NCBI RefSeq assembly: GCF_002009425.1
Contig: NZ_CP019936.1
Location: 1,721,297-1,785,296 of the forward strand
Direction: 5' to 3'
DNA length: 64,000 nt
Source of the DNA: Thiosocius teredinicola
Lineage (GTDB): Bacteria; Pseudomonadota; Gammaproteobacteria; Chromatiales; Chromatiaceae
The translations under genes and the position numbers were made by a program. Below the pieces are notes generated by a model. It made no database searches. It was given only the letters and a program-made list of their open reading frames with translations, and was not told the origin of the DNA. Each line of letters starts with the position of its first letter. Within the stretch, counting starts at the first letter, position 1. Below, piece after piece: positions 36,185-47,190 of the stretch.

Positions 36185-36364
36185 ATGAGTGCACAACGCA
36201 TGTTGTTCTTTACCGTGGCAGCGCTGCTGTTGACCGGCATAGGTTTGACCGGATGGCGTGAAGTCCACTGGTTTCTGTATGTGGTGCCGGCGATGCTGGT
36301 ATTCGCCGGGATCTCCGGCATCTGCCCGGGGCTGATGCTGTACAAGAAGATCGGCTTCAAGTAG
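36185..36364 (+). CDS. DUF2892 (YgaP-like) small inner-membrane protein
   Basis: Two hydrophobic helices with the GICPG motif typical of DUF2892. Start at the internal ATG MSAQRMLFF. Confidence 0.6.
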   Translation: MSAQRMLFFTVAALLLTGIGLTGWREVHWFLYVVPAMLVFAGISGICPGLMLYKKIGFK

Positions 36365-36418
36365 TCGATCGCACGACCGGCGGTCGATGTCCGTTCGGTG
36401 GTGCAGGGCACGTGGGCC

Positions 36419-37723
36419 ATGAACAATTTCGGCTTCGAGTCTTTTCTGTTCTCCGTCATTGTCGTGACGGCGGGTTTGCTTTTCGTAAACCGCTTGGTGG
36501 CGGAACTGGCGCCGCGCACGCGACGGCGTTGGTTGTTGGGCTTGGCCATTGGTTCGGGCGTGATCGTGTTTACGCTGAAGGTCGCATTTGCCGTCATCTT
36601 CAGCTTTTACGCGGAAGACATTCTTGCCCTGTTGCCCGACAAGGCATCGCCCGGTCGGCCGTCATCGGCTGGTGAATTGCCGGCATTTATCGAGGTAGGG
36701 ACGGGCGATGCCGCCTATCAATGGCAGGCATTGCCCGAAACAGCCCCGTTTCCGCCCGACAATCCACCTTCGCCCGAAAAGGTCCGCCTGGGTCGTGCAT
36801 TGTTTTTGGATAAGCGCTTGTCGCTGGACGGATCGGTGGCATGTGCCGGTTGTCATGAGATCTCGAACGACAAGGGCGGGGCGGACGGCGATGCAACGTC
36901 AACCGGTGTCGGCGGACGTTCGGGGCAACGCAACGCCCCAACGGTGCTGAACGCCGCGTTCTTTACGGCATTGTTCTGGGACGGGCGTGCGGGTTCACTG
37001 GAAGAGCAGGTGCGTGGCCCCCTGCTCAACGAAGTGGAGATGGCGATGCCGTCGCTGGACGCTGTCGTCGACCGCGTTCGAGCGATCCCAAGCTATCCGC
37101 CGATGTTTGCAGCGGCCTTCGGTGAGGGAGCGGCGATCGATATCGACGCCATCGCCAAGGCCATAGCGGCTTTCGAACGCACCCTGGTAACGCCCAACGC
37201 TGCGTATGACCGGTTCGTGCGAGGTGACGCGACCGCGTTGAGCGACCGACAGTTGCGAGGCATGGCCTTGTTTGAGTCGACCGGCTGTGTTGCGTGTCAT
37301 CGCGGCCCGGCATTCAGCGCAGCCGCGGAGGCAGGGCGGGGAGACGCCTACCGGATGTTTCCCGCAGTGCCGGGCACCGAGTATGCGAAGCGATACCGAC
37401 TCGACGAAGACACCGGCCTGGCCGATGCGGACAAAAATGCGGGCCGTGGGGTCTGGCGAGTACCGTCGTTGCGCAACGTGGCGCGTACCGCACCGTACTT
37501 TCACAATGGTTCTGTGGATAGTCTCGCCGAGGCGGTACGTATCATGTCGCGCGTGCAGTTGAACAAGCGACTGAGCAACGATCGCAACGACGATCGATCA
37601 ATCCGGTGGCACCAAGACACGCGTCGGCTTCACGTGCATGACGGAGAAGCGCTCAGCGATGATGAAGTCGACGATATCGTCGCCTTTCTCGAGGCATTGA
37701 ACGGTGAATTGCCGGTGTTCTGA
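36419..37723 (+). CDS. di-haem cytochrome c peroxidase (CCP/MauG family) with an N-terminal membrane anchor
   Basis: Two CxxCH motifs (CAGCHE, CVACHR). Conserved WDGRAGSLEEQ and PSLRN..TAPYFHNGS motifs. Two N-terminal TM helices. Confidence 0.85.
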   Translation: MNNFGFESFLFSVIVVTAGLLFVNRLVAELAPRTRRRWLLGLAIGSGVIVFTLKVAFAVIFSFYAEDILALLPDKASPGRPSSAGELPAFIEVGTGDAAYQWQALPETAPFPPDNPPSPEKVRLGRALFLDKRLSLDGSVACAGCHEISNDKGGADGDATSTGVGGRSGQRNAPTVLNAAFFTALFWDGRAGSLEEQVRGPLLNEVEMAMPSLDAVVDRVRAIPSYPPMFAAAFGEGAAIDIDAIAKAIAAFERTLVTPNAAYDRFVRGDATALSDRQLRGMALFESTGCVACHRGPAFSAAAEAGRGDAYRMFPAVPGTEYAKRYRLDEDTGLADADKNAGRGVWRVPSLRNVARTAPYFHNGSVDSLAEAVRIMSRVQLNKRLSNDRNDDRSIRWHQDTRRLHVHDGEALSDDEVDDIVAFLEALNGELPVF

Positions 37724-37747
37724 GGTTTGTCGTAGGAACCGCGGGGT

Positions 37748-38806
37748 TCAACAGATGCGCGGCAACTGTTCGCCCACAAGCATGTCGACAATGCGTTCGC
37801 CGCCGAAACCGGTTTCGAGAATCACGCTACCATGCGGCGCCTCGACCACATGACCGATGATCGCGCTGTGCTCACCCGCCGGGTGTGCCTGCATCGCAGA
37901 GAGCACCTTGGCAGAGGCATCGGCCGGCACGATCGCAACGAGTTTGCCCTCGTTCGCCAGGTAGAGCGGGTCAAGCCCGAGCAACTCGCTGAGTCCGCGT
38001 ACCTCGGCACGTACGGGCAGCGCTTCCTCGCGGATGCGGATGCAGGTGTCGCTGGCGTCGGCGAATTCGTTGAGCACGGTCGCTATGCCTCCGCGCGTTG
38101 CGTCGCGCAGGCAATGGATGTCCGGGCAGACATCGAGCATCGCTGCGATCAGGCCGTTCAGCGCGCAGCAATCGGTTTCGATATGGCTTTCGAGCGCCAT
38201 ATCGCCGCGCGCGTCGGCAATCGCGGCACCGTGGTCGCCGACGTAGCCGTTGATGATAACGACATCGCCGGCACGTGCGCGTTGCGTGCGGATGTCGATG
38301 CCGTGAGGTATCACGCCGACGCCGGCGGTATTGATAAACAGCTTGTCGGCAGCGCCCTTGTGTACCACCTTGGTATCGCCGGTGACGATCTTCACGCCGG
38401 CGGCATCCGCCGTCGCCTTCATCGATGCGACGATACGCCGCAGGTCGTCGACCGCGAAGCCCTCTTCGATAATCATGCCGCAGGTCAGGTACAGCGGCAC
38501 CGCGCCGCCGACGGCAAGATCATTGACCGTGCCGGCCACCGCCAGCTTGCCGATATCGCCTCCGGGAAAGAACAACGGATCGACGACATAGGAATCGGTC
38601 GTCATGGCCAGCGTGCCGCCGAGGGCGTTGAGCGAATCAAGGCTGATGCGTGCCTGGTCTTCGAGGGCTGCCAGGGTTTCGTTGGCAAAGCCGTCGACGA
38701 ACACATCGTTGATCAGGTCGCGCATCGCCTTGCCGCCGGCGCCGTGCGCCAGCGTGATCGTTTTGCCTTTCAGGCGCGGTTTGGCTGCGGTGTTGGATGC
38801 ACTCAT
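37748..38806 (-). CDS. hypE: hydrogenase maturation protein HypE (carbamoyl dehydratase)
   Basis: AIR-synthase-like fold. C-terminal ...PRIC with a terminal Cys. 4-nt overlap with hypD. Confidence 0.9.
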   Translation of the reverse strand: MSASNTAAKPRLKGKTITLAHGAGGKAMRDLINDVFVDGFANETLAALEDQARISLDSLNALGGTLAMTTDSYVVDPLFFPGGDIGKLAVAGTVNDLAVGGAVPLYLTCGMIIEEGFAVDDLRRIVASMKATADAAGVKIVTGDTKVVHKGAADKLFINTAGVGVIPHGIDIRTQRARAGDVVIINGYVGDHGAAIADARGDMALESHIETDCCALNGLIAAMLDVCPDIHCLRDATRGGIATVLNEFADASDTCIRIREEALPVRAEVRGLSELLGLDPLYLANEGKLVAIVPADASAKVLSAMQAHPAGEHSAIIGHVVEAPHGSVILETGFGGERIVDMLVGEQLPRIC

Positions 38807-39963
38807 GCGGAGGCCTCGTGGCGTTGCTTGTCGTTACGCTTGGCGAGCAGTTCGGGCAGGTTGCCGAAGTTATAGTAGGCGGCGCACGCCCCTTCGGATG
38901 ACACCATCAACGCACCCAGCGGCGTCTCGGGCGTGCAGGTGCCGCCGAACACCTTGCACTCCCATGGGCGTATCACGCCCTTGAGTACTTCGCCGCACTG
39001 GCAGGACTTCGGGTCGGCAATCTTCAGGTTGGGCACGGCGAACTTGCGCTCGGCATCGAAACGGGCGAACGCATCGCGCATTTTCACGCCGGAATGGTCG
39101 ATCGAACCCAGGCCGCGCCATTCGAAGAACTCGCGCAGTTCGAAGACCTGGTGGATCGCGTCGAGCCCGGCCGGGTTGCCCTGCTTGGGCACCACCCGCG
39201 CATACTGGTTTTCTACCTCGCAGCGCCCTTCGGCGAGTTGCCTGATCACCATCCACAGTGACTGCACGATATCCAGCGGTTCGAAGCCGGTGATGACGAT
39301 CGGTTTCTTGTAGGTGTCGGCGACGAACTCGAAAGGGCCTTCGCCGACCACCATGCTGACATGGCCCGGCGCGAGGAATCCGTCGAGCTGCATGTCGGGC
39401 GAATCGAGAATGGCCTTGATCGTCGGCACCGTGGTGATGTGGTTGCAGAACAGTGAGAAGTTGTCGCGGTTCTCGCGCTGCGCCTGCAAGACGGTCAGCG
39501 CCGTGCTCGGCATCGTCGTCTCGAATCCCAGGCCGAAGAAGATCACTTGGCGGTCCGGGTTGCGGCGCGCCAACTCGAGCGCGTCGAGCGGCGAATACAC
39601 CATGCGGATATCGGCGCCATCGGCCTTGGCCTGCAGCAGGCTTTTCTTTGAACCGGGCACGCGCATCGCATCGCCGAAGGTCGCGAAGATCACGTCGGGT
39701 CGTTCGGCCAAGGCAACGCAGTCATCGACCCGGCCCATCGGCAGCACGCAGACCGGACAGCCCGGGCCATGCACCAGTTCGATCCGTCCCGGCAGCATCT
39801 GTTCGATACCGTAACGGAAGATCGTGTGCGTATGGCCGCCGCAGAACTCCATGATCTGCAACGGACGTTGTTTGGCGGCCGGGATGCGGTCGAGCAGTAC
39901 GGCGATCTCATCGATCAGGCGTCGTGCCGCCTTGGGGTCGCGGAATTCGTCTACGTATTTCAT
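38803..39963 (-). CDS. hypD: hydrogenase maturation protein HypD
   Basis: CGGHTH, GPGCPVC and CxxGE..C..C C-terminal cysteine motifs. Start at the internal MKYVDEF. Confidence 0.9.
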   Translation of the reverse strand: MKYVDEFRDPKAARRLIDEIAVLLDRIPAAKQRPLQIMEFCGGHTHTIFRYGIEQMLPGRIELVHGPGCPVCVLPMGRVDDCVALAERPDVIFATFGDAMRVPGSKKSLLQAKADGADIRMVYSPLDALELARRNPDRQVIFFGLGFETTMPSTALTVLQAQRENRDNFSLFCNHITTVPTIKAILDSPDMQLDGFLAPGHVSMVVGEGPFEFVADTYKKPIVITGFEPLDIVQSLWMVIRQLAEGRCEVENQYARVVPKQGNPAGLDAIHQVFELREFFEWRGLGSIDHSGVKMRDAFARFDAERKFAVPNLKIADPKSCQCGEVLKGVIRPWECKVFGGTCTPETPLGALMVSSEGACAAYYNFGNLPELLAKRNDKQRHEASA

Positions 39964-40646
39964 GTCGCTGCTCCGAGTTGGCCGCGATGATCGGCGAGCA
40001 GGGTGTGCACCAGGTCCCACAGGATGTGGTAACAGGCGACATGCACCTCCTGCACGCGGTGAATGGAATCGGTTTCGACGACAAGGCAGTGATCCACCAG
40101 CCCGCTGGATCGCATCTCGCCGCCATCGCCACCGGCCAGGCCGAGTGTGACCAGGCCGAGTTGCTTGGCCTTGCGATAGGCATTGATCAGGTTGTCGGAA
40201 TTGCCGCTGGTCGAAAAGCCCATCACGCCGTCACCGGCGCGCGCATGCGCCTCGAGTTGGCGGACGAATACATGCGCCATGCCGACATCGTTGCCGACGG
40301 CCGTCAACATCGCGGTGTCGACGCACAAATTCATCGCCGGCAGGGCGGGGCGGCCGGCAGTCACCGGGTGTTGGAACTCGACGGCGAAGTGCGCGGCATC
40401 GCAGCTCGAACCGCCGTTGCCCATGCTGAACATCCGACCCTGGCGGCGATAGACATCCGCGACCGCCGTTGCGGCCTCGATCAGCGCTTCGCCGTGCTGG
40501 GTAAAAAACTGCTGTTTCACGGCAACGCTGTCAGCTGCCTTGCGTTCTATTGAATTCAGCAGCGCCTGGTGTTCCTGCGCGGCATCTTTGGTCTTGCCGT
40601 GCAGGAAGGGGTACAGCGCTTGAAGACGGTCGTCGCTGTCGCTCAC
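39960..40646 (-). CDS. SIS-domain phosphoheptose-isomerase-like protein (GmhA/DiaA family) embedded between hypC and hypD
   Basis: GmhA-like core MFSMGNGGSSCDAAHFAVEF and GFSTSGNS. The GTG start overlaps the hypC stop. The Arg-rich N-terminus of ORF 39960..40928 is an artefact. Confidence 0.7.
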   Translation of the reverse strand: MSDSDDRLQALYPFLHGKTKDAAQEHQALLNSIERKAADSVAVKQQFFTQHGEALIEAATAVADVYRRQGRMFSMGNGGSSCDAAHFAVEFQHPVTAGRPALPAMNLCVDTAMLTAVGNDVGMAHVFVRQLEAHARAGDGVMGFSTSGNSDNLINAYRKAKQLGLVTLGLAGGDGGEMRSSGLVDHCLVVETDSIHRVQEVHVACYHILWDLVHTLLADHRGQLGAAT

Positions 40647-40930
40647 GTTTGCTCTGCCGCCGTTTGTTGCATCGCGTTCAGTTCGTCCTGCATCTCGCCC
40701 AGTTCCTGCAGGATCGCCAATGTCTTCTGTGCCTCGTCTTCGTCGATACGACTCATCGCAAATCCGACATGCACCAGTACCCAGTCGCCGATGCAGTCCG
40801 CGGCGGGCCTTGTTTCGGTGACCACGCAGGCGATGTTCACAGCGCGCCGTACACCGGCGACGTCCACCTTCGCCATGAAGTTGTCGGCGTCGGTGATCTC
40901 GACGATCTGTCCGGGGATGCCAAGACACAT
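40643..40930 (-). CDS. hypC: hydrogenase maturation factor HypC
   Basis: N-terminal MCLGIP. ~95 aa. Confidence 0.88.
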   Translation of the reverse strand: MCLGIPGQIVEITDADNFMAKVDVAGVRRAVNIACVVTETRPAADCIGDWVLVHVGFAMSRIDEDEAQKTLAILQELGEMQDELNAMQQTAAEQT

Positions 40931-40951
40931 AGTGCTTACCTCTTACCTTGC

Positions 40952-42418
40952 TCAGTGCACCGTACAGACCATGCAGGGGTCGAACGAGCGCACGATGTGC
41001 TGTATGGAAACGGTCTGTTTGCCGTTGTCGCCGACCTCGGTGCCGATCAGCGCCTGTTCCAGCGCGCCCGGTACATCGTCCTGGTCGCGCGGAGAGAAAT
41101 TCCAGGTGGTCGGGGCGACGATCTGGTAGTTCAGAATCCGCCCGTGCTTAATCTGCAGCCAGTGGCCCAGGCTGCCGCGTGCCGCTTCGACGAGACCGAC
41201 CCCTTCACCGTCTTTGGGCAACTTGCCTTGGTTACAGAAGGTTTCACCGATGGCGATGGCTTTGATCCAGCCTTCCATCATGGGAACCACGCGCGCCAGT
41301 TCGAGCAGGCGCGCAACCACTCGGCTGAACACATTGCCGCCGCCGTTCGTCACCAGTTCGGCGATCAAGGGGTGGCCGTCGATCAACTGGCGTGCGACGG
41401 CGCCCACCTCGAAGACCCGGCCGTTGTAGCGCGGCGCCTTGCACCAGCTGTAGGCATCGGCGATATCGGCGTCGGGCAGGGTACTGCCGTCGAAGGGGTG
41501 TTTCGGCGTGCGTTGCGCGTGCATCCAGGCGTGACTGATGTCTTCGGTGATGGCGCGCTGCTCGAACGACTCGCGGCGACCGTCGAACCAGATGCCGGAT
41601 TCGAAACGGTGGGTCTCGTTGGGGTGACCGGTGGCATAGGCACCGTAGCTCATGAAGTGGTCGGTGGCGCGTCCGAGTTTGGCCAAGCCGGCCGAAGCCG
41701 CGATGCGGACGAAATGCGCGAAGTCGCCACCGGCATGCTGTCCGGCCCATGCCATCAGCTCATCTTCGGTAGCGATTGCAGCGACGTTCTCCAGCTTGTC
41801 GGCAAACAGTGTGGTTTCGAGAAAGCGCCGAAAACCTGCAACGATGGATTGAAGGCGCAGTTTTTCACGCGGCTCGATCGCGCGCGTCGTACCGCCCGGC
41901 TGCAGGGCCAGCGAGTGAGGCCATTTGCCGGCGAGCAGGCCGGTGATGTGCATCCATTCGCTGCGTGCCGGCAACATGTCGCGCGATGCGCTGCCTTTCT
42001 GTGCAACGAAGCGCTCGGCGGCATCGCGATGCCAGGCATGTTCGGCATAGTCGCTGCGCGCGAAGTCGGGCATGAAGAACAGGTAGAAGTGCGACAGATG
42101 GTCGGCGACGTTCTCACAGGCAAGGATCAGGTTGGTCGCCAACAGGCCGTTGGGCGTCTGCTCGATCCCCTGTGCATCGGCGAGGGCGCGTGCGGCGGCG
42201 ACCGACTGCGAGACCGAGCAGATGCCGCAGATACGCGGCGTGATCACGAGCGCATCGCGCGGGTCCTTGCCGACCAGGATCTGTTCGAATCCACGGTAAA
42301 GAGGTGAGTTCACCCAGGCCGACTCGATTCTTCCCTCGTCGATCTCGACCTGAACTTCGAGATCACCTTCGACGCGATTGAATGGTCCGAGGATGCGACG
42401 TGTGGAGTTGCCCGCCAT
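40952..42418 (-). CDS. hupV: regulatory (H2-sensing) [NiFe]-hydrogenase large subunit HupV/HoxC
   Basis: RICGICS N-terminal and DPCMVCTVH C-terminal Ni-binding motifs. The protein ends at the His with no cleavable extension, as in sensor hydrogenases. Confidence 0.85.
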   Translation of the reverse strand: MAGNSTRRILGPFNRVEGDLEVQVEIDEGRIESAWVNSPLYRGFEQILVGKDPRDALVITPRICGICSVSQSVAAARALADAQGIEQTPNGLLATNLILACENVADHLSHFYLFFMPDFARSDYAEHAWHRDAAERFVAQKGSASRDMLPARSEWMHITGLLAGKWPHSLALQPGGTTRAIEPREKLRLQSIVAGFRRFLETTLFADKLENVAAIATEDELMAWAGQHAGGDFAHFVRIAASAGLAKLGRATDHFMSYGAYATGHPNETHRFESGIWFDGRRESFEQRAITEDISHAWMHAQRTPKHPFDGSTLPDADIADAYSWCKAPRYNGRVFEVGAVARQLIDGHPLIAELVTNGGGNVFSRVVARLLELARVVPMMEGWIKAIAIGETFCNQGKLPKDGEGVGLVEAARGSLGHWLQIKHGRILNYQIVAPTTWNFSPRDQDDVPGALEQALIGTEVGDNGKQTVSIQHIVRSFDPCMVCTVH

Positions 42419-43428
42419 CAGCGTTCACCCCGTTTCTTGTCGCTGCCCGGCGGCACCACGATGTGGTCGGCAACTGCATTTTCGCGCAGGCGCTTGGGTG
42501 TCGCGGCTTTCGACAGGGAAGCCAGCGCAACGAACCATGCCTTCGGCATATCCGTGGGCAGGCCGATCGGTATGCCGGCAATCTTCGGTGTTTCGGTGAA
42601 CGGATGCCCGGGTTCTTCGAACACCGGTGCGGTGCAGTTGATGCAGGCATAGCCGCCGCGAATACACGAGCCTTCGCCGTTCCACGGGCGGCGGTTGCAG
42701 TCGGCATGCGCCTGGGTGCCCAGGCAGCCCATGTGCTCCATCATGCAGCCCTGATCGGATGGCGCCTCGGCGCTGGCCTTGAATTCGTAGAACTCGTTGC
42801 GCGTACAACCGTGATGTACCAGGTGATTGGTATAGCTGCGTGGACGGTTCCATTCGTCCAATTGCGTCTCGTCCATATCGCCCATCGCCACCTGCGCCAG
42901 GGTATCGGTGACCCAGCCGGGATGCACCGGGCAGCCGGCCACGTTGATTACGCGCAGTCCTTCCGGGCTGTGCCAGTCTTCGCCGAGCAGTCCGCCGGGC
43001 TGATTGCCCTCGTATTGCAGTCCACACGCCTCGGTCGGGTTGCCGCCGGCCATCGTCACGCCACCGAATGCAGCACACGAACCGATGGCGATTGTGTAGC
43101 GTGCCTTGCGCGACAGGTCGGCTATCCATTGCATCATCGGCCGACCGGTGCCGGCGAGCATATGAAAGCGCCCGGTATCATTGGGGCCGCGCATCACCGA
43201 GCCTTCGAGACAGAGGATGTCCAATGCCTGCTCGCCGCTCATGATGCGGTTGAGCAGATCGATGAATTCGCCGTTGGATGCCTCGCTGAGCGACGGATGC
43301 CAGAGCAGTTCGATGCCGGCGTATTCCAGTGTTGCGTAAAGATCCGGCGATTCGGCATTCAGCAGCGACATGCTGCAACCGCCACAGCTGCCGGATTGAA
43401 GCCACAAGGTACGCAACGCTGTCGTCAT
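42418..43428 (-). CDS. hupU: regulatory [NiFe]-hydrogenase small subunit HupU/HoxB (no Tat signal peptide)
   Basis: Starts directly MTTALRTLWLQSGSCGGCSMS with no twin-arginine leader. Fe-S cluster cysteines are present. Overlaps the hupV start. Confidence 0.85.
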   Translation of the reverse strand: MTTALRTLWLQSGSCGGCSMSLLNAESPDLYATLEYAGIELLWHPSLSEASNGEFIDLLNRIMSGEQALDILCLEGSVMRGPNDTGRFHMLAGTGRPMMQWIADLSRKARYTIAIGSCAAFGGVTMAGGNPTEACGLQYEGNQPGGLLGEDWHSPEGLRVINVAGCPVHPGWVTDTLAQVAMGDMDETQLDEWNRPRSYTNHLVHHGCTRNEFYEFKASAEAPSDQGCMMEHMGCLGTQAHADCNRRPWNGEGSCIRGGYACINCTAPVFEEPGHPFTETPKIAGIPIGLPTDMPKAWFVALASLSKAATPKRLRENAVADHIVVPPGSDKKRGER

Positions 43429-44795
43429 TCACTCAACTCCAACGGCACGGTCAAGGTAAATACAGCGCCACCTTCGTCGCGATTGGCTCCTTCCAGTTTG
43501 CCCTGGCACTGATCGGTGGCCAGCGAATAGCTGATGTACAGGCCGAGGCCGGTCCCTTTGCCGACCGGTTTGGTGGTGAAGAAGGGGTCGAACACGCGCA
43601 GCAACTGGTCTGGTGCGATGCCGGTGCCGTTGTCTGAGACCTCGACGGTCACCGTTGAATTCTGGGTGCCGGCGCGTATCGCAATGCGTCCATCCTTATA
43701 GTCTTCGATTGCGTCGGCGGCATTCTGGATCAGGTTGACCAGAATCTGGTGGACGTAGCCTTCGTAGCCGTACAGTTCGAGCGATGGCGGGATGTCGATG
43801 ACCACTTCGGGCCGTTCGCGGCGTGCCTTGATCACCCATTCGGCCGCCGTGTTGATGACCCGGCTGAGATCGAAGCGGCTGCACTGTTGTTGGTTCGGCG
43901 TCGAGAAACGACGCAGGTCTTCGACGATCTCGCCGACGCGTTCGGCGCCTTCGAGCGAGCCGTCGATCAGCGGGCCGATATCCTGCAGCAGGCGGTCGAT
44001 CTTCAGATCGCTGCGCAGTTGTTCGCGCTCTTTGTCGCTCGCCGAACGGTGAATCGCACCGAGGTATTCGGCGAGGCGTTTCTCGTAGCGTTTCAACGCG
44101 TGCATGTTGCCGAACACGAAGCTGATCGGGTTGTTCAATTCGTGCGCGACGCCGGCCACCAGCTGGCCGAGCGATGCCATCTTTTCCGATTGCACCAATT
44201 GTTGCTGCGCGGTCTTCAATTGATCGTGCGTCTCGCGCAGATCCTGGTAGGCGCGGCGCAGTTCGCCCAGCGGCCGACCGGTGATCACCAGCCCCGACAG
44301 GCGACCGTCGTGATCGAAGCGCGGTGTGCAGTTGATCGCGATCGGCGCGCCTTCGCCGTCGGGGCCGCGCAGTTCGACCTCGCAATCGGTGATCACGTCA
44401 GTGCGGATATGCTCGGCGAAGTCTTCGACCTGTTCGGCGTATTCCTCGGTGAACAAGGTGCCGAGCGCGACGCCGGTCAGGTCGCTGGCAGTGCGACCGG
44501 TGAGTTCTTCGAGTGCGCGGTTGACCTGCTGGATGCGACCGCGGGTGTCGGCGACGATCAGCACATCGGTCATCGACGAGATCACGCTCTGGATGAAGCG
44601 GTGCGCATCCTCCAAGCCGGCATTCTTTTCTTCGAGTTCGACCTGGTAACGCACGATGTCCGCATAGATGGTATCCATGCGCTGGATCACCTCGATCCAT
44701 GCCGATTCATCGACCATACCGTGCTCGATGTTGCCGACACGCGCCATCAGGCCGCCGATGTCGTCGTTTGCCGCCTTGTCGCCGGGCGACGTCAC
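43425..44795 (-). CDS. hupT: PAS-domain histidine kinase HupT/HoxJ
   Basis: PAS region, then HisKA H-box VAHELNNP and an HATPase_c (GTGLGL) block. Sits between hupR and hupUV. Confidence 0.85.
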   Translation of the reverse strand: MTSPGDKAANDDIGGLMARVGNIEHGMVDESAWIEVIQRMDTIYADIVRYQVELEEKNAGLEDAHRFIQSVISSMTDVLIVADTRGRIQQVNRALEELTGRTASDLTGVALGTLFTEEYAEQVEDFAEHIRTDVITDCEVELRGPDGEGAPIAINCTPRFDHDGRLSGLVITGRPLGELRRAYQDLRETHDQLKTAQQQLVQSEKMASLGQLVAGVAHELNNPISFVFGNMHALKRYEKRLAEYLGAIHRSASDKEREQLRSDLKIDRLLQDIGPLIDGSLEGAERVGEIVEDLRRFSTPNQQQCSRFDLSRVINTAAEWVIKARRERPEVVIDIPPSLELYGYEGYVHQILVNLIQNAADAIEDYKDGRIAIRAGTQNSTVTVEVSDNGTGIAPDQLLRVFDPFFTTKPVGKGTGLGLYISYSLATDQCQGKLEGANRDEGGAVFTLTVPLELSE

Positions 44796-46279
44796 TGTGC
44801 GCGACCCGTGCTTTTCAGTTCTTCCATGCCGTCCACCTTCTCGAGGTCGTAGCGTTCGAGCTTACTGCGCAGACCGACGCGCGACAGGCCGAGTTCCTCC
44901 GCGGCGCGCGTCTTGTTCCAGCGATGCCGTATCAGGGTTTCTTTCAGAATCCGCGCCTCAAGCGATTCGATGCGCTCCTTGAGGCTGCCTTCGGTCTGGC
45001 TGACGATCGCCAGATCGTCGGTGCCTTCTTCGTCCGCGCCTTGCAGGATGCGCGGCGACAACAGTTCGGCGCCGAGGATCGCGTCCTGGGCGAGTACCAG
45101 CATGCGCTTCAATTCGTTCTGCAGTTCACGCACGTTGCCCGGCCAGTGATAGGCCTCCAGGCAGGCGAGCGTTTCGCGGCTGATGCCGTCGACGCGTTTG
45201 CCCAGCTGGCGCTGCAGATCATCGAGCAGGCTGTGGGCGAGTACGGCGATGTCCTTGGGGCGGTCGCGCAGCGGCGGCAGATTGATCGTGAACGTGGCGA
45301 TACGGTAGTAAAGGTCTTCACGGAAGCGACCGGCACGCACCTCGGCCTCGAGATCGCGGTTGGTGGCGGCGACCACGCGCACGTCGACCATGCGCCGCTG
45401 GTTGCTGCCGAGCGGGCGGATCTCGCCCTCCTGCAACACGCGCAGCAGCTTGACCTGAAACGCCGGCGATATCTCGCCGATCTCGTCGAGAAACACGGTG
45501 CCGCCGTCGGCCAGTTCGAACAGGCCGACGCGTTCTTCGCTGGCGCCGGTAAAGGCGCCGCGTTTGTGACCGAACAACTCGCTTTCGAGTAGCTCATCGG
45601 GCAAGGCGCCGCAGTTCTCGGCGACGAACGGGCCGTCGCGCCGCAGGCTGTTGTAGTGCAGGGCGCGTGCGCACAGTTCCTTGCCGGTACCGGACTCGCC
45701 GCTGACCAGTACGCTGACGTCATATGGCGCAACCCGGCGCACCAGGTCGCACACGCCGTTCATACAGCTTTCCGGGCCGCGCACGATGCCCTGGTCCCAG
45801 TCGAAACGCTGCTGCAGCAGACGGCGTTTGCCTTCGAGATCTTCGGCGACAGTCTCCGGGCGCAGCTTCAGCTCGGTCGACAGCAGCGCATTCTGGCGTT
45901 GCAGGTGAAACAGATCGACCGCGTTGCGCAGCTTCAGCAACAGCTTGTCGGGATGCCACGGCTTGCTGATGTACTGATAGATGCCGGCCCGGTTGATCGC
46001 CTCGACCAGGTCGCCGGCGTCGGTGTAACCCGAGATGATGATGCGGATGACCTCCGGCCAGCGATCGCGCACCCGGCTGAGGAATTCGACACCGGTCTCA
46101 CCGGGCATGCGCTGGTCGCACAGGATGGCCTGCACCCACTCGCGTTCGAGGATGCCCTCGGCCTCGGCGGCGTTCTCGGCCGTCAGTACCTCGAATTCCT
46201 CTTCGAGCGTACGCCGCAGGGTTTCGAGCGAGCGCGGCTCGTCGTCGATGACCAGAACGGTGGGCAGGTTGCTACTCAT
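44792..46279 (-). CDS. hupR: sigma-54-dependent response regulator HupR/HoxA (NtrC family)
   Basis: Receiver [11 protein letters not shown]+ sigma54 activator motifs GESGTGKE and GAFTGA, and a C-terminal Fis-type HTH. Start at the internal MSSNLPTV. Confidence 0.88.
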   Translation of the reverse strand: MSSNLPTVLVIDDEPRSLETLRRTLEEEFEVLTAENAAEAEGILEREWVQAILCDQRMPGETGVEFLSRVRDRWPEVIRIIISGYTDAGDLVEAINRAGIYQYISKPWHPDKLLLKLRNAVDLFHLQRQNALLSTELKLRPETVAEDLEGKRRLLQQRFDWDQGIVRGPESCMNGVCDLVRRVAPYDVSVLVSGESGTGKELCARALHYNSLRRDGPFVAENCGALPDELLESELFGHKRGAFTGASEERVGLFELADGGTVFLDEIGEISPAFQVKLLRVLQEGEIRPLGSNQRRMVDVRVVAATNRDLEAEVRAGRFREDLYYRIATFTINLPPLRDRPKDIAVLAHSLLDDLQRQLGKRVDGISRETLACLEAYHWPGNVRELQNELKRMLVLAQDAILGAELLSPRILQGADEEGTDDLAIVSQTEGSLKERIESLEARILKETLIRHRWNKTRAAEELGLSRVGLRSKLERYDLEKVDGMEELKSTGRAQ

Positions 46280-47190
46280 ACGTGATTCTTGACCGACTCG
46301 GCGATGTTCAGCGGTTCGGACAGGGGATGACCGATCAGGCGCAATTGGCGCGACCCACGAATCCAGGCATACCAGTCGCTCATGCCTTCGCCGGTGGTTG
46401 CAGACACCTTGAGGACCTGTAGCTTGGGGTTCACCCGGCGCGCGTAGGCGATGCATTTGTCGACATCAAAATTCAGATGCGGCAGCAGGTCGATCTTGTT
46501 CAGCAGCATCAGGTCGGCCGCATGGAACATGTCCGGGTACTTGATCGGCTTGTCTTCGCCTTCGGTAATCGACAGGATCGCGACCTTGTGTGCCTCGCCC
46601 AGATCGAACGCGGCGGGGCACACCAGGTTGCCGACATTCTCGATGAACAACACCGAGCCGGTCTGCGGCTTGAGGTGCTCGATGGCGTGCCCGACCTGAT
46701 GCGCATCGAGATGGCAGCCCTTGCCGGTGTTGATCTGAATCGCGTGTGCGCCGGTCTCGCGAATGCGTTCGGCATCGTTGCTGGTTTCCTGGTCGCCTTC
46801 GATAACCGCCAGCGACAGTTCGTCTTTCAGATCGGTCAGGGTGCGGGTCAGCAGGGTGGTTTTGCCCGAACCCGGTGAAGACACCAGGTTGAGCGCGAGG
46901 ATGCCCTGGTCTGCCAGCATCTGGCGGTTTGCATTGGCGTATTGATCGTTTTTGCTCAGGATGTCCTGTTCGATCTGCACCATGCGTGATTGCGACATGC
47001 CGGGGGCATGTGCGCGCGCCGGCCCATGACCGTAGTGATGATCGTCGCCATGGCCATGCGCATGCGAGTGTTCATGCTCGTGATCATCATGATGGTGGTG
47101 AGGATGGTCGTGAGAATGCGAGTGATCGTGATCGTCGGTGACACCTTCGATACGCGATTCACCTTCGCCGCAGCCGCAGACGGTACACAT
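46276..47190 (-). CDS. hypB: hydrogenase nickel-incorporation GTPase HypB with a long His-rich N-terminal Ni-storage region
   Basis: [10 protein letters not shown], then a [33 protein letters not shown] stretch. GTPase P-loop [11 protein letters not shown]. Confidence 0.9.
   Translation of the reverse strand: MCTVCGCGEGESRIEGVTDDHDHSHSHDHPHHHHDDHEHEHSHAHGHGDDHHYGHGPARAHAPGMSQSRMVQIEQDILSKNDQYANANRQMLADQGILALNLVSSPGSGKTTLLTRTLTDLKDELSLAVIEGDQETSNDAERIRETGAHAIQINTGKGCHLDAHQVGHAIEHLKPQTGSVLFIENVGNLVCPAAFDLGEAHKVAILSITEGEDKPIKYPDMFHAADLMLLNKIDLLPHLNFDVDKCIAYARRVNPKLQVLKVSATTGEGMSDWYAWIRGSRQLRLIGHPLSEPLNIAESVKNHV

Noticed and set aside
40550-43512. Long plus-strand ORFs (585 aa and 376 aa) opposite hupV/hupU
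   Set aside because: Antisense artefacts. The sensor-hydrogenase subunits on the minus strand carry diagnostic Ni/Fe-S cysteine motifs.
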